Positions 19,623 through 29,448 of a DNA stretch of 64,000 nucleotides are shown here, one piece after another. The stretch lies in NCBI GenBank assembly GCA_051893155.1, contig JBJFGY010000017.1, positions 1,677-65,676 of the forward strand, given 5' to 3'. Made by a program: the position numbers and the translations under genes. The DNA comes from Bacilli bacterium. GTDB taxonomy: Bacteria; Bacillota_I; Bacilli_A; RF39; UBA660. A model generated the notes under the pieces. That model was not told the origin of the DNA. It saw only the letters and a list, made by a program, of their open reading frames with translations, and did not search any database. Position 1 is the first letter of the stretch. Every line of letters begins with the position of its first letter.

Positions 19623-20984
19623 ATGTTTGAAAATAAAAAAATTCATATGATTGGTATTGGTGGTATATCAATGAGTGGTATTGCTGAAATTTTGCTTTCT
19701 TTTAATTGCAAAATAACAGGTTATGATGCTATGAAAACAGATATAACTAATCATTTAATCGAAATAGGTGTTCCTGTTTATGATAAATGTAATATCTTAA
19801 ATGTTAAAAATGCCGATATTATAATTTATACTGCCGCAATTCACGATGATAATGAAGAATTAAAATATGCTAAAAATAATCATAAAAAAGTTTATGAAAG
19901 AAGCAATTTTTTAGGTTTACTTATGAAAGAATATGAAAATGTTTTATGTATAAGTGGAACTCATGGAAAAAGCACGACAACTGGAATGGTAAGCAATATA
20001 TTTTTGAAAGCGAATTTAAATCCGACAATTATGATTGGAGCTATACTTCCTTCAATTAATAGTAATAATAAAGTTGGAAGTAAAAAATATTTTATTGCCG
20101 AAAGTTGTGAATATGTTGATAGTTTTCTAGAATTTTTTCCAACAAGTGAAATTATCTTAGATATTGATGATGATCATTTAGATTATTTTAAAAACATTGA
20201 TGGAATTATTTCTTCATTTAATAAATTTGCAAATAAATTAAATAATAATGGAAATTTAGTAATTAATAATGATGATTTAAATACATTAAAAGCCACTAAT
20301 AATATAAATAATAAAATTACTTATGGTATAGAAAATAATTCAAATTATATGGCTAAAAACATTGTTTTTGATTCACTTGGTCATCCAACTTATGAACTAT
20401 TTATTGATAACCAAAGTCAAGGCCTAGTTTCATTAAATGTTACAGGTATTCATAATGTTTATAACTCACTTGCCGCTATTGCATTAAGTAATATATATAT
20501 TAAAGATTTAAATATTATAAAAGAAGGATTACTTTCTTTTACTGGAGTTGGACGACGTTTTGAATATATTGGAAAATATAAAAATGTAAGTGTTTATGAT
20601 GATTATGCACACCACCCAAGTGAAATAAAAACAACATTAGACTCTGTTAAAAAAACTAAACATAATAAAAGTTATGCCATATTTCAATCTCACACTTATT
20701 CAAGAACATATGAACATTTAACTGAATTTGCAGATATCTTAAAAAATTTTGATAATGTTATAATAGCTCCTATATATCCTGCTAGAGAAACAAATATATT
20801 TAATGTTAAAGAAGAACAATTAGTAGATTTAATTAAAAAAGAAAATAAAAATGTTTGGTATATAGACTCTTTTGATAAAATTATTGATTTTATTAAAGAA
20901 AATGTTCAAGATAATGATTTAGTTATAACAATAGGTGCCGGACCAATTAATGAAGTTGCTAAAAAGTTAGTAATGGAGGGATAA
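19623..20984 (+). CDS. murC: UDP-N-acetylmuramate--L-alanine ligase
   Basis: IHMIGIGGISMSGIAEIL and GTHGKSTTTGM: a Mur ligase P-loop with the MurC-type N-terminus. Confidence 0.9.
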   Translation: MFENKKIHMIGIGGISMSGIAEILLSFNCKITGYDAMKTDITNHLIEIGVPVYDKCNILNVKNADIIIYTAAIHDDNEELKYAKNNHKKVYERSNFLGLLMKEYENVLCISGTHGKSTTTGMVSNIFLKANLNPTIMIGAILPSINSNNKVGSKKYFIAESCEYVDSFLEFFPTSEIILDIDDDHLDYFKNIDGIISSFNKFANKLNNNGNLVINNDDLNTLKATNNINNKITYGIENNSNYMAKNIVFDSLGHPTYELFIDNQSQGLVSLNVTGIHNVYNSLAAIALSNIYIKDLNIIKEGLLSFTGVGRRFEYIGKYKNVSVYDDYAHHPSEIKTTLDSVKKTKHNKSYAIFQSHTYSRTYEHLTEFADILKNFDNVIIAPIYPARETNIFNVKEEQLVDLIKKENKNVWYIDSFDKIIDFIKENVQDNDLVITIGAGPINEVAKKLVMEG

Positions 20985-21496
20985 TGAATAAAAGAAAAAA
21001 TGGATTACTTGTTTGGTTAGTTTTTGCAATTATTATTATTTTAGCTATATTTTGTATTTTTTATTTTACACAGTTAGAAAGAAAAAAAGAATTTGATAAT
21101 TTATATAATAAAGATTATTATTTAAGAGTTGATTATGGAGTTATTGAATCTAAAGGAAATAATTTAAGAGATTTAGGTGTTTTCTTAAAAGAAAAAGATA
21201 TAGAAAAAAATTATTACTTATATATAACAAAAGATAATATTTTATACACTTATTTTACAGATGCATATTATATATTTGATCCCCTTCATGGTTATTATGT
21301 TGAATATAAAATCGTTTTAGAAGAAGATGTTGTTCAAAATATATTAAATGATATAAGAAGTAAAAAAGTTAATAACTTGCTTAATAAAACTGAAAGTGAA
21401 TATAATATTATAAGAATTGATAATGAAAACTACTATATTAATAAAAAAGATTTACAACTAATTTTTCAAAATTACGATATAATTTTAGACATTTAA
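20984..21496 (+). CDS. hypothetical N-terminally anchored protein
   Basis: 170 aa. Start overlaps the murC stop (ATAATG). One TM, then a soluble domain. A terminator follows. Confidence 0.4.
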   Translation: MNKRKNGLLVWLVFAIIIILAIFCIFYFTQLERKKEFDNLYNKDYYLRVDYGVIESKGNNLRDLGVFLKEKDIEKNYYLYITKDNILYTYFTDAYYIFDPLHGYYVEYKIVLEEDVVQNILNDIRSKKVNNLLNKTESEYNIIRIDNENYYINKKDLQLIFQNYDIILDI

Positions 21497-21530
21497 AAAG
21501 GAAGCATAATTTTTTATGCTTTTTTTAAAT
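21497..21530. terminator. bidirectional terminator
   Basis: aaaaaggaagcataattttttatgcttttttt: an aagcataa/ttatgctt hairpin. Confidence 0.5.
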
Positions 21531-22506
21531 ATTCTAAATAATCATCTAATATTTTAATAATTTCATCTTTTTGAGTTTGACTACATATTTTATTTTTAAT
21601 TTCGGCATTATTAGGCATATTTTTTAAATAATATAAAAAATGAGTTCTAATTTGAATTACAGCTTGTTTTTCATTTGTATCAATTACTAAATTATTTAAA
21701 TGTTTTTTCATCATTGTAATTTTTTCTTCATAACTAATTTTTTTAGGTAATTTACCATTTTCAAGATAATCATTACATTCTTTAATAAGCCACGGATTAC
21801 CAAGCAGTGCTCTACCTATCATTACTGCATCACAATTTGTTTCCTCTAGCATTTTTTTTGCATCGAAACAAGAATGTACATCACCATTTCCAATTACTGG
21901 GATATTTACACTATCTTTAACTCTTTTTATTAAATTCCAATCGCTATGACCTGAGTAGCCTTCTTTTCTAGTTCTTGCATGAATGGTAATTACACTTGCT
22001 CCTGCTTTTTCAGCAAGTTTTGCAACTAAGGGTGCATTAATTGAATTTTCATCCCAACCACTGCGAATTTTTATTGTAACTGGTACTGAAATATTTTCTT
22101 TTACAGTTTTAACAATTTCATATATTTTATCTGGATTTTTTAAAAGAGCACTTCCTGCTTGAGATTTTATAGCTATTTTAGGAACAGGGCATCCCATATT
22201 TATATCAATTATCTTAACATTATAAAGTTTAATTACTTTTTTCGCTGCATCAGCAAGTGTCTGAGGATTAGAACCAAAAAGTTGAACAGCTACAGGAATA
22301 TTAATTTTATCAATACCATTTAGCATTTCTAAAGTTTTTTTATTATCTCGAACTATTGCTTCAGCACTAATTAATTCAGTAACTGCATAACCTAAACCAA
22401 AACTTTCACATAATTTAATGTATGTTGGATTAGATATTCCCGCCATGGGAGCAAGAACTATTTTACTTTTTATTTCAACATTTCCTATTTTAAAACTCAT
22501 AAACAC
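21514..22506 (-). CDS. dusB: tRNA-dihydrouridine synthase
   Basis: VLAPMAGISNPTYIKLC...TELISAE... plus a conserved catalytic Cys region. 330 aa. Confidence 0.85.
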   Translation of the reverse strand: MFMSFKIGNVEIKSKIVLAPMAGISNPTYIKLCESFGLGYAVTELISAEAIVRDNKKTLEMLNGIDKINIPVAVQLFGSNPQTLADAAKKVIKLYNVKIIDINMGCPVPKIAIKSQAGSALLKNPDKIYEIVKTVKENISVPVTIKIRSGWDENSINAPLVAKLAEKAGASVITIHARTRKEGYSGHSDWNLIKRVKDSVNIPVIGNGDVHSCFDAKKMLEETNCDAVMIGRALLGNPWLIKECNDYLENGKLPKKISYEEKITMMKKHLNNLVIDTNEKQAVIQIRTHFLYYLKNMPNNAEIKNKICSQTQKDEIIKILDDYLEYLKKA

Positions 22507-22568
22507 TCCTAGATAAATTTATTATACATTATTTATTTTTTATATCAAGAAAAAAAAGTCCATACGGA

Positions 22569-23129
22569 CTATAAATCAAAATATGCATCATCATCATTAT
22601 TTAATAAAAATGCACAAGCATCATCTTTATCAATATGAAGTTCATAATAGCCTTCATCTGTTACTTTGAAAAAACATTCCATAGTTCCTTTTTTTTCTTT
22701 TCCTACTTTAACAAAGACACTTTGACCATCTTTTATATTTAATTTTTCAGCGCTACTTCTACTAATATGAATATGTCTTTGAGCTATAATGCAACAAGGT
22801 AATGTAACACTTCCTTTTTCTGTTTCAATTGTAACTAAAGATGCATCATGTAAATCAGAACTTTTTCGTACTGGAGGCTTTACATTTAATTTTAAAGCAT
22901 CAGAAAAAGCAATTTCAACTTGATTATAATTTCTCATTGGTCCTAATACTTTAACATTTTCAATTTTTTCATCACCATTTTTTATAGTAACTACTTTATT
23001 TGTTACAAATTCATTTGGTTGTTTTAAGTTTTTAATTATTTGATAATCTTCATCAAAAAGTTGGTCATATACTTCTTTAGTCAAATGAACATGACGATTA
23101 CTAATTGCAATCTTAATACTTTTTTCCAT
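22569..23129 (-). CDS. pduL: PduL-like phosphate propanoyl/acetyl-transferase
   Basis: Two copies of the PduL signature: ISNRHVHLT and IAQRHIHIS. 186 aa. A terminator hairpin agtccatacggact lies downstream. Confidence 0.65.
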   Translation of the reverse strand: MEKSIKIAISNRHVHLTKEVYDQLFDEDYQIIKNLKQPNEFVTNKVVTIKNGDEKIENVKVLGPMRNYNQVEIAFSDALKLNVKPPVRKSSDLHDASLVTIETEKGSVTLPCCIIAQRHIHISRSSAEKLNIKDGQSVFVKVGKEKKGTMECFFKVTDEGYYELHIDKDDACAFLLNNDDDAYFDL

Positions 23130-24105
23130 TTTTTCTCCTTAACAAACTATATATTTTTATTAATAAAAAACTAATACAAAAACTACTAAAAAATACTATA
23201 ATAAATAATAAAGGAATCATAAAAAGTGAATAATAATTCCGTACTAAATAATTATTTATTATAAATTCAAATATTAACATACTAAATAATAAACTTAAAA
23301 ATAAATAATTTATATACTTTTCATAATTAAATTTTCCTTTACAATTAAATAATAAATAAAATACAGAAACAACATAACTAACCATTAATAAATTACTATT
23401 ATTTATTAATGTAGATTTAAAATATAAACCATTATTTGATAATAAATAAGTTATTATGATTAAATAAATAAACATCATAACATTTATTATTATAGAATAT
23501 CTTTTTATTTTCTTTGTATTTAATTTATTTTTATTTAAATATATCAATTTTCCAATAATGAAATATATTAAATTATTTATAAATGGTAAATTAAAATCAA
23601 TATTTACAAATGGGCCAACTAAATTTAATATAAGATAAATTATAACTAATATACTTAATAATTTAATCTCATTCATATCAAGATTATCAACTAATTTATT
23701 TACAAAAGGATAAAATATGTATAAACAAATTATTGTTAATAAAATGTTAGCAACTGAATTAATAGGACTTATTAAATATAAATAAATATCACTTAATTTA
23801 ATATTATAAATAATCATAAAAGTGATAGTAAATAATAAATATAATAAATATATTTTAATTATTTCTTTTATATAATCTTTTAAATCAAATTTTTTGGTAT
23901 GTAAATATATTCCTAAAAACATTATAAATAAAGGTAATCCACATTTACTAAACACTATACATACTAATGAAAATATAAAGGAAATCACTCCATTATTTAT
24001 ATATATTTTAGCAAAATAATTACTTATTATAGAAAGTATAATAAGTAAAATACTCCAAAAATAAATTATTTCTAATTTTACATCTTTTTTTACCATATTA
24101 ATCAA
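23113..24105 (-). CDS. polytopic integral membrane protein of unknown function
   Basis: 330 aa with about 10 predicted TM segments. Possibly a small 30-aa hydrophobic ORF immediately upstream (24106-24198, minus). Confidence 0.4.
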   Translation of the reverse strand: MINMVKKDVKLEIIYFWSILLIILSIISNYFAKIYINNGVISFIFSLVCIVFSKCGLPLFIMFLGIYLHTKKFDLKDYIKEIIKIYLLYLLFTITFMIIYNIKLSDIYLYLISPINSVANILLTIICLYIFYPFVNKLVDNLDMNEIKLLSILVIIYLILNLVGPFVNIDFNLPFINNLIYFIIGKLIYLNKNKLNTKKIKRYSIIINVMMFIYLIIITYLLSNNGLYFKSTLINNSNLLMVSYVVSVFYLLFNCKGKFNYEKYINYLFLSLLFSMLIFEFIINNYLVRNYYSLFMIPLLFIIVFFSSFCISFLLIKIYSLLRRKNGKKY

Positions 24106-24204
24106 TTATATATGTTATCACTCTTGCAATCGAAATTCCAAATAAAATTATTGAAAAACTAAATATTAGACTTTTAATAATCTCTTTTTTCATATATTCC
24201 TTTC

Positions 24205-24819
24205 TTACAACTTAATTTTATTAATATCAATTAATTTATTATCTTTAATTATAATAGAATAGATATCAATATCATTTAACATACCATCATAAATTACATT
24301 ATCATTATACTCTAAAATTAATTGATCTTCAAGATTATATAATACATCACAATAACTTATTAAATAAGATAATATACATCTTCGATGTGTAAATATGGCT
24401 ACTTTATTAGCATTATTTAAATGAATTATTCGTTCGATTTCATCATTTACTCTTTTTTTTACTTCATTTAAAGATTCACCATTACCATTTTTTATATCAA
24501 AATCATGTTCTTGCATAAAATATATATTTTTTAATTCTTCTAAAGAAACATTATCATTTTTTTGAGGATTAAATTTATCTGACAAATAAATATTTTTATT
24601 TAATCTTTTTCCTAAATAAGAAGCAAATATTTTAGCACTAGGATCTGTAGAAGAATAAATAGATTTAACACCATTAAATAGACTTATTAAAGAAAGTCTT
24701 ATCGCATAATCTTTATTTTTTTCAACAAGAGGAACTTCTATTTTTTTCTTGTCATATTTTATATTTTTATATATTAAATTATTTTCAATTAAATTATTAC
24801 TAATTAAAATAATTTCCAT
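24205..24819 (-). CDS. hypothetical protein (weak histidine-phosphatase-like features)
   Basis: 204 aa. A VAIFTHRRCI segment, but the N-terminal RHG motif is absent. Confidence 0.3.
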   Translation of the reverse strand: MEIILISNNLIENNLIYKNIKYDKKKIEVPLVEKNKDYAIRLSLISLFNGVKSIYSSTDPSAKIFASYLGKRLNKNIYLSDKFNPQKNDNVSLEELKNIYFMQEHDFDIKNGNGESLNEVKKRVNDEIERIIHLNNANKVAIFTHRRCILSYLISYCDVLYNLEDQLILEYNDNVIYDGMLNDIDIYSIIIKDNKLIDINKIKL

Positions 24820-25670
24820 TAGTTATCCTCTTTTAGAAGCTTTGCACTAATAAAATAACCAATTATAAATAAAATAAGTCCAACAATAAATTCAACTATT
24901 TTAATTTCATAACTAAATATTAAAATAATTATATTAATTATTGAGGCAATTACAAAACCTACAATTGCAAAATATGTTTTTATTTTATGTTTATTAAGTA
25001 AATATTCCATCAATTTACTCATTAAAATAATTCCAAGAATCATGCCAATTCCAAATACTAAAATGATAAAAATATTAGGATTTAAATTAGTTAAATGAAT
25101 TGTATCAGAAATTATTGCAAGAAGTGGTGTATAATAACCTAATATTACAAGTATTGCCGATCCACTTACTCCTGGAATAATCATAGTTCCCGCAGAGACT
25201 AAACCCACTAAAAAGATTTTTATATAACCAATTAAGTTTGTACTTATAATTACTTCACTACTATTTCCTATAAATGATAGACTAATTAAAAGTAAAGCAC
25301 CAATAATTGTACATCCTATATTAGAAAGGCTTAACTTTTTTTCGGTTTTTTTTATAATTAATTGAACTCCACCAAAAATTAAACCAGTAAAAAATAATAA
25401 AGTTGCAACTGGATATTTATTTAATGTAATATTTAAAAGTAAACAACAGCATATTGCAGAGGCAACAACACCTAAAGCAAATGCAATAATAAATTTTTTA
25501 TTTTTCTTAAAAGAAGAAAAGAAGTTATTAATTATGTTAATTATTTTTTCATAAATACCCATAGTCATAGCTAATACTGAAGAACTAATTGGAAAAATTA
25601 TGCCAAATCCAATTACAAAACCTTTTAAAAAAATTATGATTGCATTTTCATTTTTTTTAGTTTTCATCAT
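24819..25670 (-). CDS. DUF368 membrane protein (polyprenyl-phosphate transporter-like)
   Basis: Duplicated PGVSG-type motif (FPISSSVLAMTMGIYEKII and IIPGVSGSAILVILGYY). Start moved to the ATGATG after a GAGG RBS; the longer track ORF overlaps rmuC. Confidence 0.5.
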   Translation of the reverse strand: MMKTKKNENAIIIFLKGFVIGFGIIFPISSSVLAMTMGIYEKIINIINNFFSSFKKNKKFIIAFALGVVASAICCCLLLNITLNKYPVATLLFFTGLIFGGVQLIIKKTEKKLSLSNIGCTIIGALLLISLSFIGNSSEVIISTNLIGYIKIFLVGLVSAGTMIIPGVSGSAILVILGYYTPLLAIISDTIHLTNLNPNIFIILVFGIGMILGIILMSKLMEYLLNKHKIKTYFAIVGFVIASIINIIILIFSYEIKIVEFIVGLILFIIGYFISAKLLKEDN

Positions 25671-26736
25671 CTTTAACCTCAATTTTTTTAATTTCAACTT
25701 TATTAATTGAATCGAATTTCTTTGTAATTTTTTCAGTTGTTGTCGTAAGTTCATCAACACTATTATTTACTGCTTTAATATTTTTTGATAGTTTATCCCA
25801 ACGATCTTTATATCTTGAAAATTCTATACTTAATTTATTTAATTCTTCATGAATTATTTTTGCATATTTATCCCTTTCAATATTTTTAATTATCATTGAT
25901 ATTGTATAAAGCGTTGATATAAGCGTTGTAGGACCTGTAATCCACACTTTATTATTATAAGCATATGTAATAAGTTCTGGATGATATGCATTTATTTCTG
26001 CGAAAATTGCTTCTGCAGGTAAAAACATAATTGCTTCTTCAGTTGTTACACCAGGTACAATGTACTTAGTTTTAATATCATTAATATGCTTTTTAACGTC
26101 TTGAACAAATAGTTTTTCATACATACTTCTTTCTTCTTTAGTTTTTGTTTTATCAGTCATTTTTTGATAATTTTCTAAAGGAAACTTACTATCAATTGAA
26201 ATTGTTCCAAGTGGTGCTGGAGCAAATAAAATTGCATCTACAACATATCCATTTTCAAATTTATATTGTGTTTTATAAATCCCATTTGAACTGCTACCAA
26301 AGGCATTATTTAAAATATATTCAAGACTTACTTCTCCAAAAGTTCCACGAGTTTTTTTATCAGTTAGTACTCCTTGAAGTGATACAATATCATTACCTAA
26401 ATCATCAATTTTCTTTTGAGCTTCATCAATTTTAGAAAGTCTTTCTAACACAGAATTAAAGGTTTTATTGCTTTTTTCAAAATTTTTATCAAGTCTTTCA
26501 TTAACCATATCATTAATTAAAGTAAGCTTTCTTTCAATTCTTTCATTTAATGTTTCAAAATCTGAAGTCAATACTTTAGAAAAATCAAACTTAAAATCCC
26601 CTATTGATTTAGTTATATCAGTTTCAAATTTTCCTAATTTTTCAATTATATCATTATTATTATTTTTTTTAGTAATTAATATTATAAGCAAAATTATTAC
26701 GATTATAAGTAAACCAATTATTATGTAATCTATCAT
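25657..26736 (-). CDS. rmuC: DNA recombination protein RmuC
   Basis: N-terminal TM, coiled coil, and a conserved GTFGEVSLEYIL...VDAILF...P core. Confidence 0.8.
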   Translation of the reverse strand: MIDYIIIGLLIIVIILLIILITKKNNNNDIIEKLGKFETDITKSIGDFKFDFSKVLTSDFETLNERIERKLTLINDMVNERLDKNFEKSNKTFNSVLERLSKIDEAQKKIDDLGNDIVSLQGVLTDKKTRGTFGEVSLEYILNNAFGSSSNGIYKTQYKFENGYVVDAILFAPAPLGTISIDSKFPLENYQKMTDKTKTKEERSMYEKLFVQDVKKHINDIKTKYIVPGVTTEEAIMFLPAEAIFAEINAYHPELITYAYNNKVWITGPTTLISTLYTISMIIKNIERDKYAKIIHEELNKLSIEFSRYKDRWDKLSKNIKAVNNSVDELTTTTEKITKKFDSINKVEIKKIEVKDDEN

Positions 26737-27152
26737 TTTTCAACCTTTCTCATTATTTGTAATAAAGTATTATCCATTTTAATTGGACTAATATATATTG
26801 TATTACCATTTTTTAATTTAAGTGCAATTCTTTTATATGAAGAAGAATAAAATGGATTTAAATTATTTTCAATATAGCATTTTTTTATTTGTTTATAAGG
26901 AATTTGTTTTTTTATAAAACCTGCTTTAATTAATATATAATTATCCTCTAAAAAATATTCTCTAAAATAAAAGAATATCATTAAAGATGAAACTACTATT
27001 AAAAATACTACACCCAAAATAAAATAAGTTGCACTTACATTTAAAACTAAAATAATTGTTATAAATACAAGGCAAATTATAAAATATATTCCAAAAAAAA
27101 CAAAATTAAAATTGTCATAATAATTTTTAATTTTCATATTTAACTCCCACAT
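26733..27152 (-). CDS. membrane protein with two TM segments and a bacterial PH-like (YdbS-type) C-terminus
   Basis: 139 aa. Hydrophobic N-terminal half, then KAGFIKKQIPYKQIKK... Confidence 0.35.
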   Translation of the reverse strand: MWELNMKIKNYYDNFNFVFFGIYFIICLVFITIILVLNVSATYFILGVVFLIVVSSLMIFFYFREYFLEDNYILIKAGFIKKQIPYKQIKKCYIENNLNPFYSSSYKRIALKLKNGNTIYISPIKMDNTLLQIMRKVEK

Positions 27153-27808
27153 CGAATATTATCTACATAAAAATAGCCGGTAAATGATTGGCCTTGCAAG
27201 CTTGCTTGTGAAGTACTTAATAAATAAAATTTTAAATTAATATTCCATGATTGAGTTGTTCCTACACCTGTATTATCAGATATAGTTGCATCTTTTACAA
27301 TAACTCTTTTAGCTCCTTCAGTAGTAGCTTTCGCAGTCCAATTTGTATCATATGAAAAGTTTACTTCAGAGCTATAATTGTTTGTTCCCACATTTTCACC
27401 AGTAACTTTTAAAGTTAATTCTTTTTGATTTTCATCAGTTACAGGAGTATCGCCATTACCATAAATTTTACTATCCACATCATATTCAAAAATAATATCA
27501 TATAAACAACTATAATTAGTAACATTACCACCCATTATTAAAGTAACATTTAAATTACTATTACTATCAGCAACAACATCACCAGCACTAGCATTAATCA
27601 TATTAGCAAGTGTTGCATGAAGTTCAAGTGGTGTTGAAGTAGAAACAAAAGATGAATTTAATCCTTGCCCTGTTTGGACATTAACTGCAGTTTTATTACT
27701 AATATTTTGAGAAAATGATCCAAAATAAGCAAATGAAGCACCTACAACAATAACTAAAAATAAAAATATACACACAATACTAGTTACATTAATTTTCCCT
27801 TTTTCCAT
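27140..27808 (-). CDS. secreted or N-anchored protein, N/T/S-rich
   Basis: 222 aa with a signal anchor VTSIVCIFLFLVIVVGASFAYF. The C-terminus ends RCGS. Confidence 0.4.
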   Translation of the reverse strand: MEKGKINVTSIVCIFLFLVIVVGASFAYFGSFSQNISNKTAVNVQTGQGLNSSFVSTSTPLELHATLANMINASAGDVVADSNSNLNVTLIMGGNVTNYSCLYDIIFEYDVDSKIYGNGDTPVTDENQKELTLKVTGENVGTNNYSSEVNFSYDTNWTAKATTEGAKRVIVKDATISDNTGVGTTQSWNINLKFYLLSTSQASLQGQSFTGYFYVDNIRCGS

Positions 27809-27849
27809 AATTTATATCCTTCTTTTATAATCATACTATATTTTTTAAT

Positions 27850-27884
27850 TAAAAAAAAGAACAAATATAAAATTTGTTCTCAAT
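27850..27884 (-). terminator. rho-independent terminator
   Basis: agaacaaatataaaatttgttct hairpin with an A run on the plus side (a T run on the minus side). Confidence 0.5.
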
Positions 27885-27903
27885 TTTTGTAAAATATTTT
27901 CTA

Positions 27904-29379
27904 TTAATAATATACTATTGTAGTAAGAATTAATAGAGCAACAAGCATTAATACTGCAAACATCCAAATATATTTAAACCATGATTTATATTCTATTTTC
28001 AAATAAGATAAACCTACCATCAATAGTCCACTTACAGGTAATAATACTTGAACAATTCCATATGTTGATACATATAGTGTATGTATTAATGATATATTTT
28101 CAGCATAACTTGCTGTTAAAAATTGTCCTACTACATAACCTGTATAGCCTAAATCAGCATGGAAAATAGATGTTATAAATGCAACTGCTGTTGCAATAAA
28201 TGGATTAAATTTTTTAGTTAATCCATAAGCCCAATTAGTTATTGTTGGAATAAATGGGCTCATATAAGCTGCAACAAATACTGTATATACTAGTACATAT
28301 AAGCATACTGGTTTTAGCATTTTTTTAGCGCCTTCGCCAAAATTTTTAAGGTAATCATTAAATGAAACTTTTTCAATGAAGGCTACAATAACAGACATAA
28401 TTAGTATAATAACCATTATTGAAGTAAGTTCAAAATTACCTAATCCAGTAGCAGATGTGCCTAATATGTATTTAAATAAAGTAAAATCTTCACCAATACT
28501 AAGACCAGTTAACCAATTATGAAATTTATTAAATACTAAAATATTAAAGTTCGTATCCCAACCAATATAGCCTAATACTACAAATACTAAAAGTACTGCA
28601 AAAACAACTAATATTGGCCAAGTAGATACTTTTCCTTTAACATCCTCAACTGGATAAGGGTCAGCTTCTAATATACTATCTTCATTTGTCTTTTTCTTTT
28701 TAGTTTTTGTTATACGTAGTACTAATAAAGCTTCGTAACCTACAAGAGCAAATGCTGCTAAAATAGCACGATAACTTAAACCTGTACTTGTTGTAGTACC
28801 CATGTAATGATTAATATAATATAATCCATCAGTACCATAAGTACATCCAACTACACCTGCAAGAATAGATCCAAATGTTACAGCAAATGTTGTAAGTTTA
28901 TCAACTTTCATATTTAATAAAATAGATATTAAAAATGGTACAAATACTAATATTGCAAAAGTATTTCTTATAAATGAAGAAAGTACAATTAATAAACTTG
29001 AAGTAATAACCATAAATAATAGTTCTTTACCTTTAAGACGTTTAGCAATATTTTTTACTAATGCTTGATAACTTTTTGTTTTTGATAATACGCCATAAAA
29101 ACCGCCTAGAATGAATAAATAAATAAGTGTTGATAAACCAAAATATGCACCATAATATAGTGTTGTTGGGATATCTGTAAGACCTAAACGATTCATTCCA
29201 TATTCTGCAAATGTTGTATTACTAAAATATCCATAAGGGATAATCCAAGTTAAACAAAATGTAACAAATAATGCAATTAAAAGCCATTTGAATAAATCAC
29301 TATGTTTGCTTTTACAAGTTAATACTGCAAAAAATGCTGCAATAGCAAGTACAATAACAATGCCGATAACTATTCCCAT
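27904..29379 (-). CDS. YfcC-family transporter (putative anaerobic C4-dicarboxylate / arginine-ornithine antiporter-like)
   Basis: 491 aa with about 12 TM. CLTWIIPYGYF resembles the YfcC N-terminal motif LTWvIPaGeY. Confidence 0.45.
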   Translation of the reverse strand: MGIVIGIVIVLAIAAFFAVLTCKSKHSDLFKWLLIALFVTFCLTWIIPYGYFSNTTFAEYGMNRLGLTDIPTTLYYGAYFGLSTLIYLFILGGFYGVLSKTKSYQALVKNIAKRLKGKELLFMVITSSLLIVLSSFIRNTFAILVFVPFLISILLNMKVDKLTTFAVTFGSILAGVVGCTYGTDGLYYINHYMGTTTSTGLSYRAILAAFALVGYEALLVLRITKTKKKKTNEDSILEADPYPVEDVKGKVSTWPILVVFAVLLVFVVLGYIGWDTNFNILVFNKFHNWLTGLSIGEDFTLFKYILGTSATGLGNFELTSIMVIILIMSVIVAFIEKVSFNDYLKNFGEGAKKMLKPVCLYVLVYTVFVAAYMSPFIPTITNWAYGLTKKFNPFIATAVAFITSIFHADLGYTGYVVGQFLTASYAENISLIHTLYVSTYGIVQVLLPVSGLLMVGLSYLKIEYKSWFKYIWMFAVLMLVALLILTTIVYY

Positions 29380-29448
29380 ATTCTACCTCCTTACTAAAAT
29401 TATACTACGATAAAAATAAAAAAAAAAGGAAAAACCTTAAATTTTTCC

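Noticed and set aside
26145-26728. Track ORFs 26145..26435(+) and 26468..26728(+)
   Set aside because: Antisense within rmuC. Shadow ORFs.
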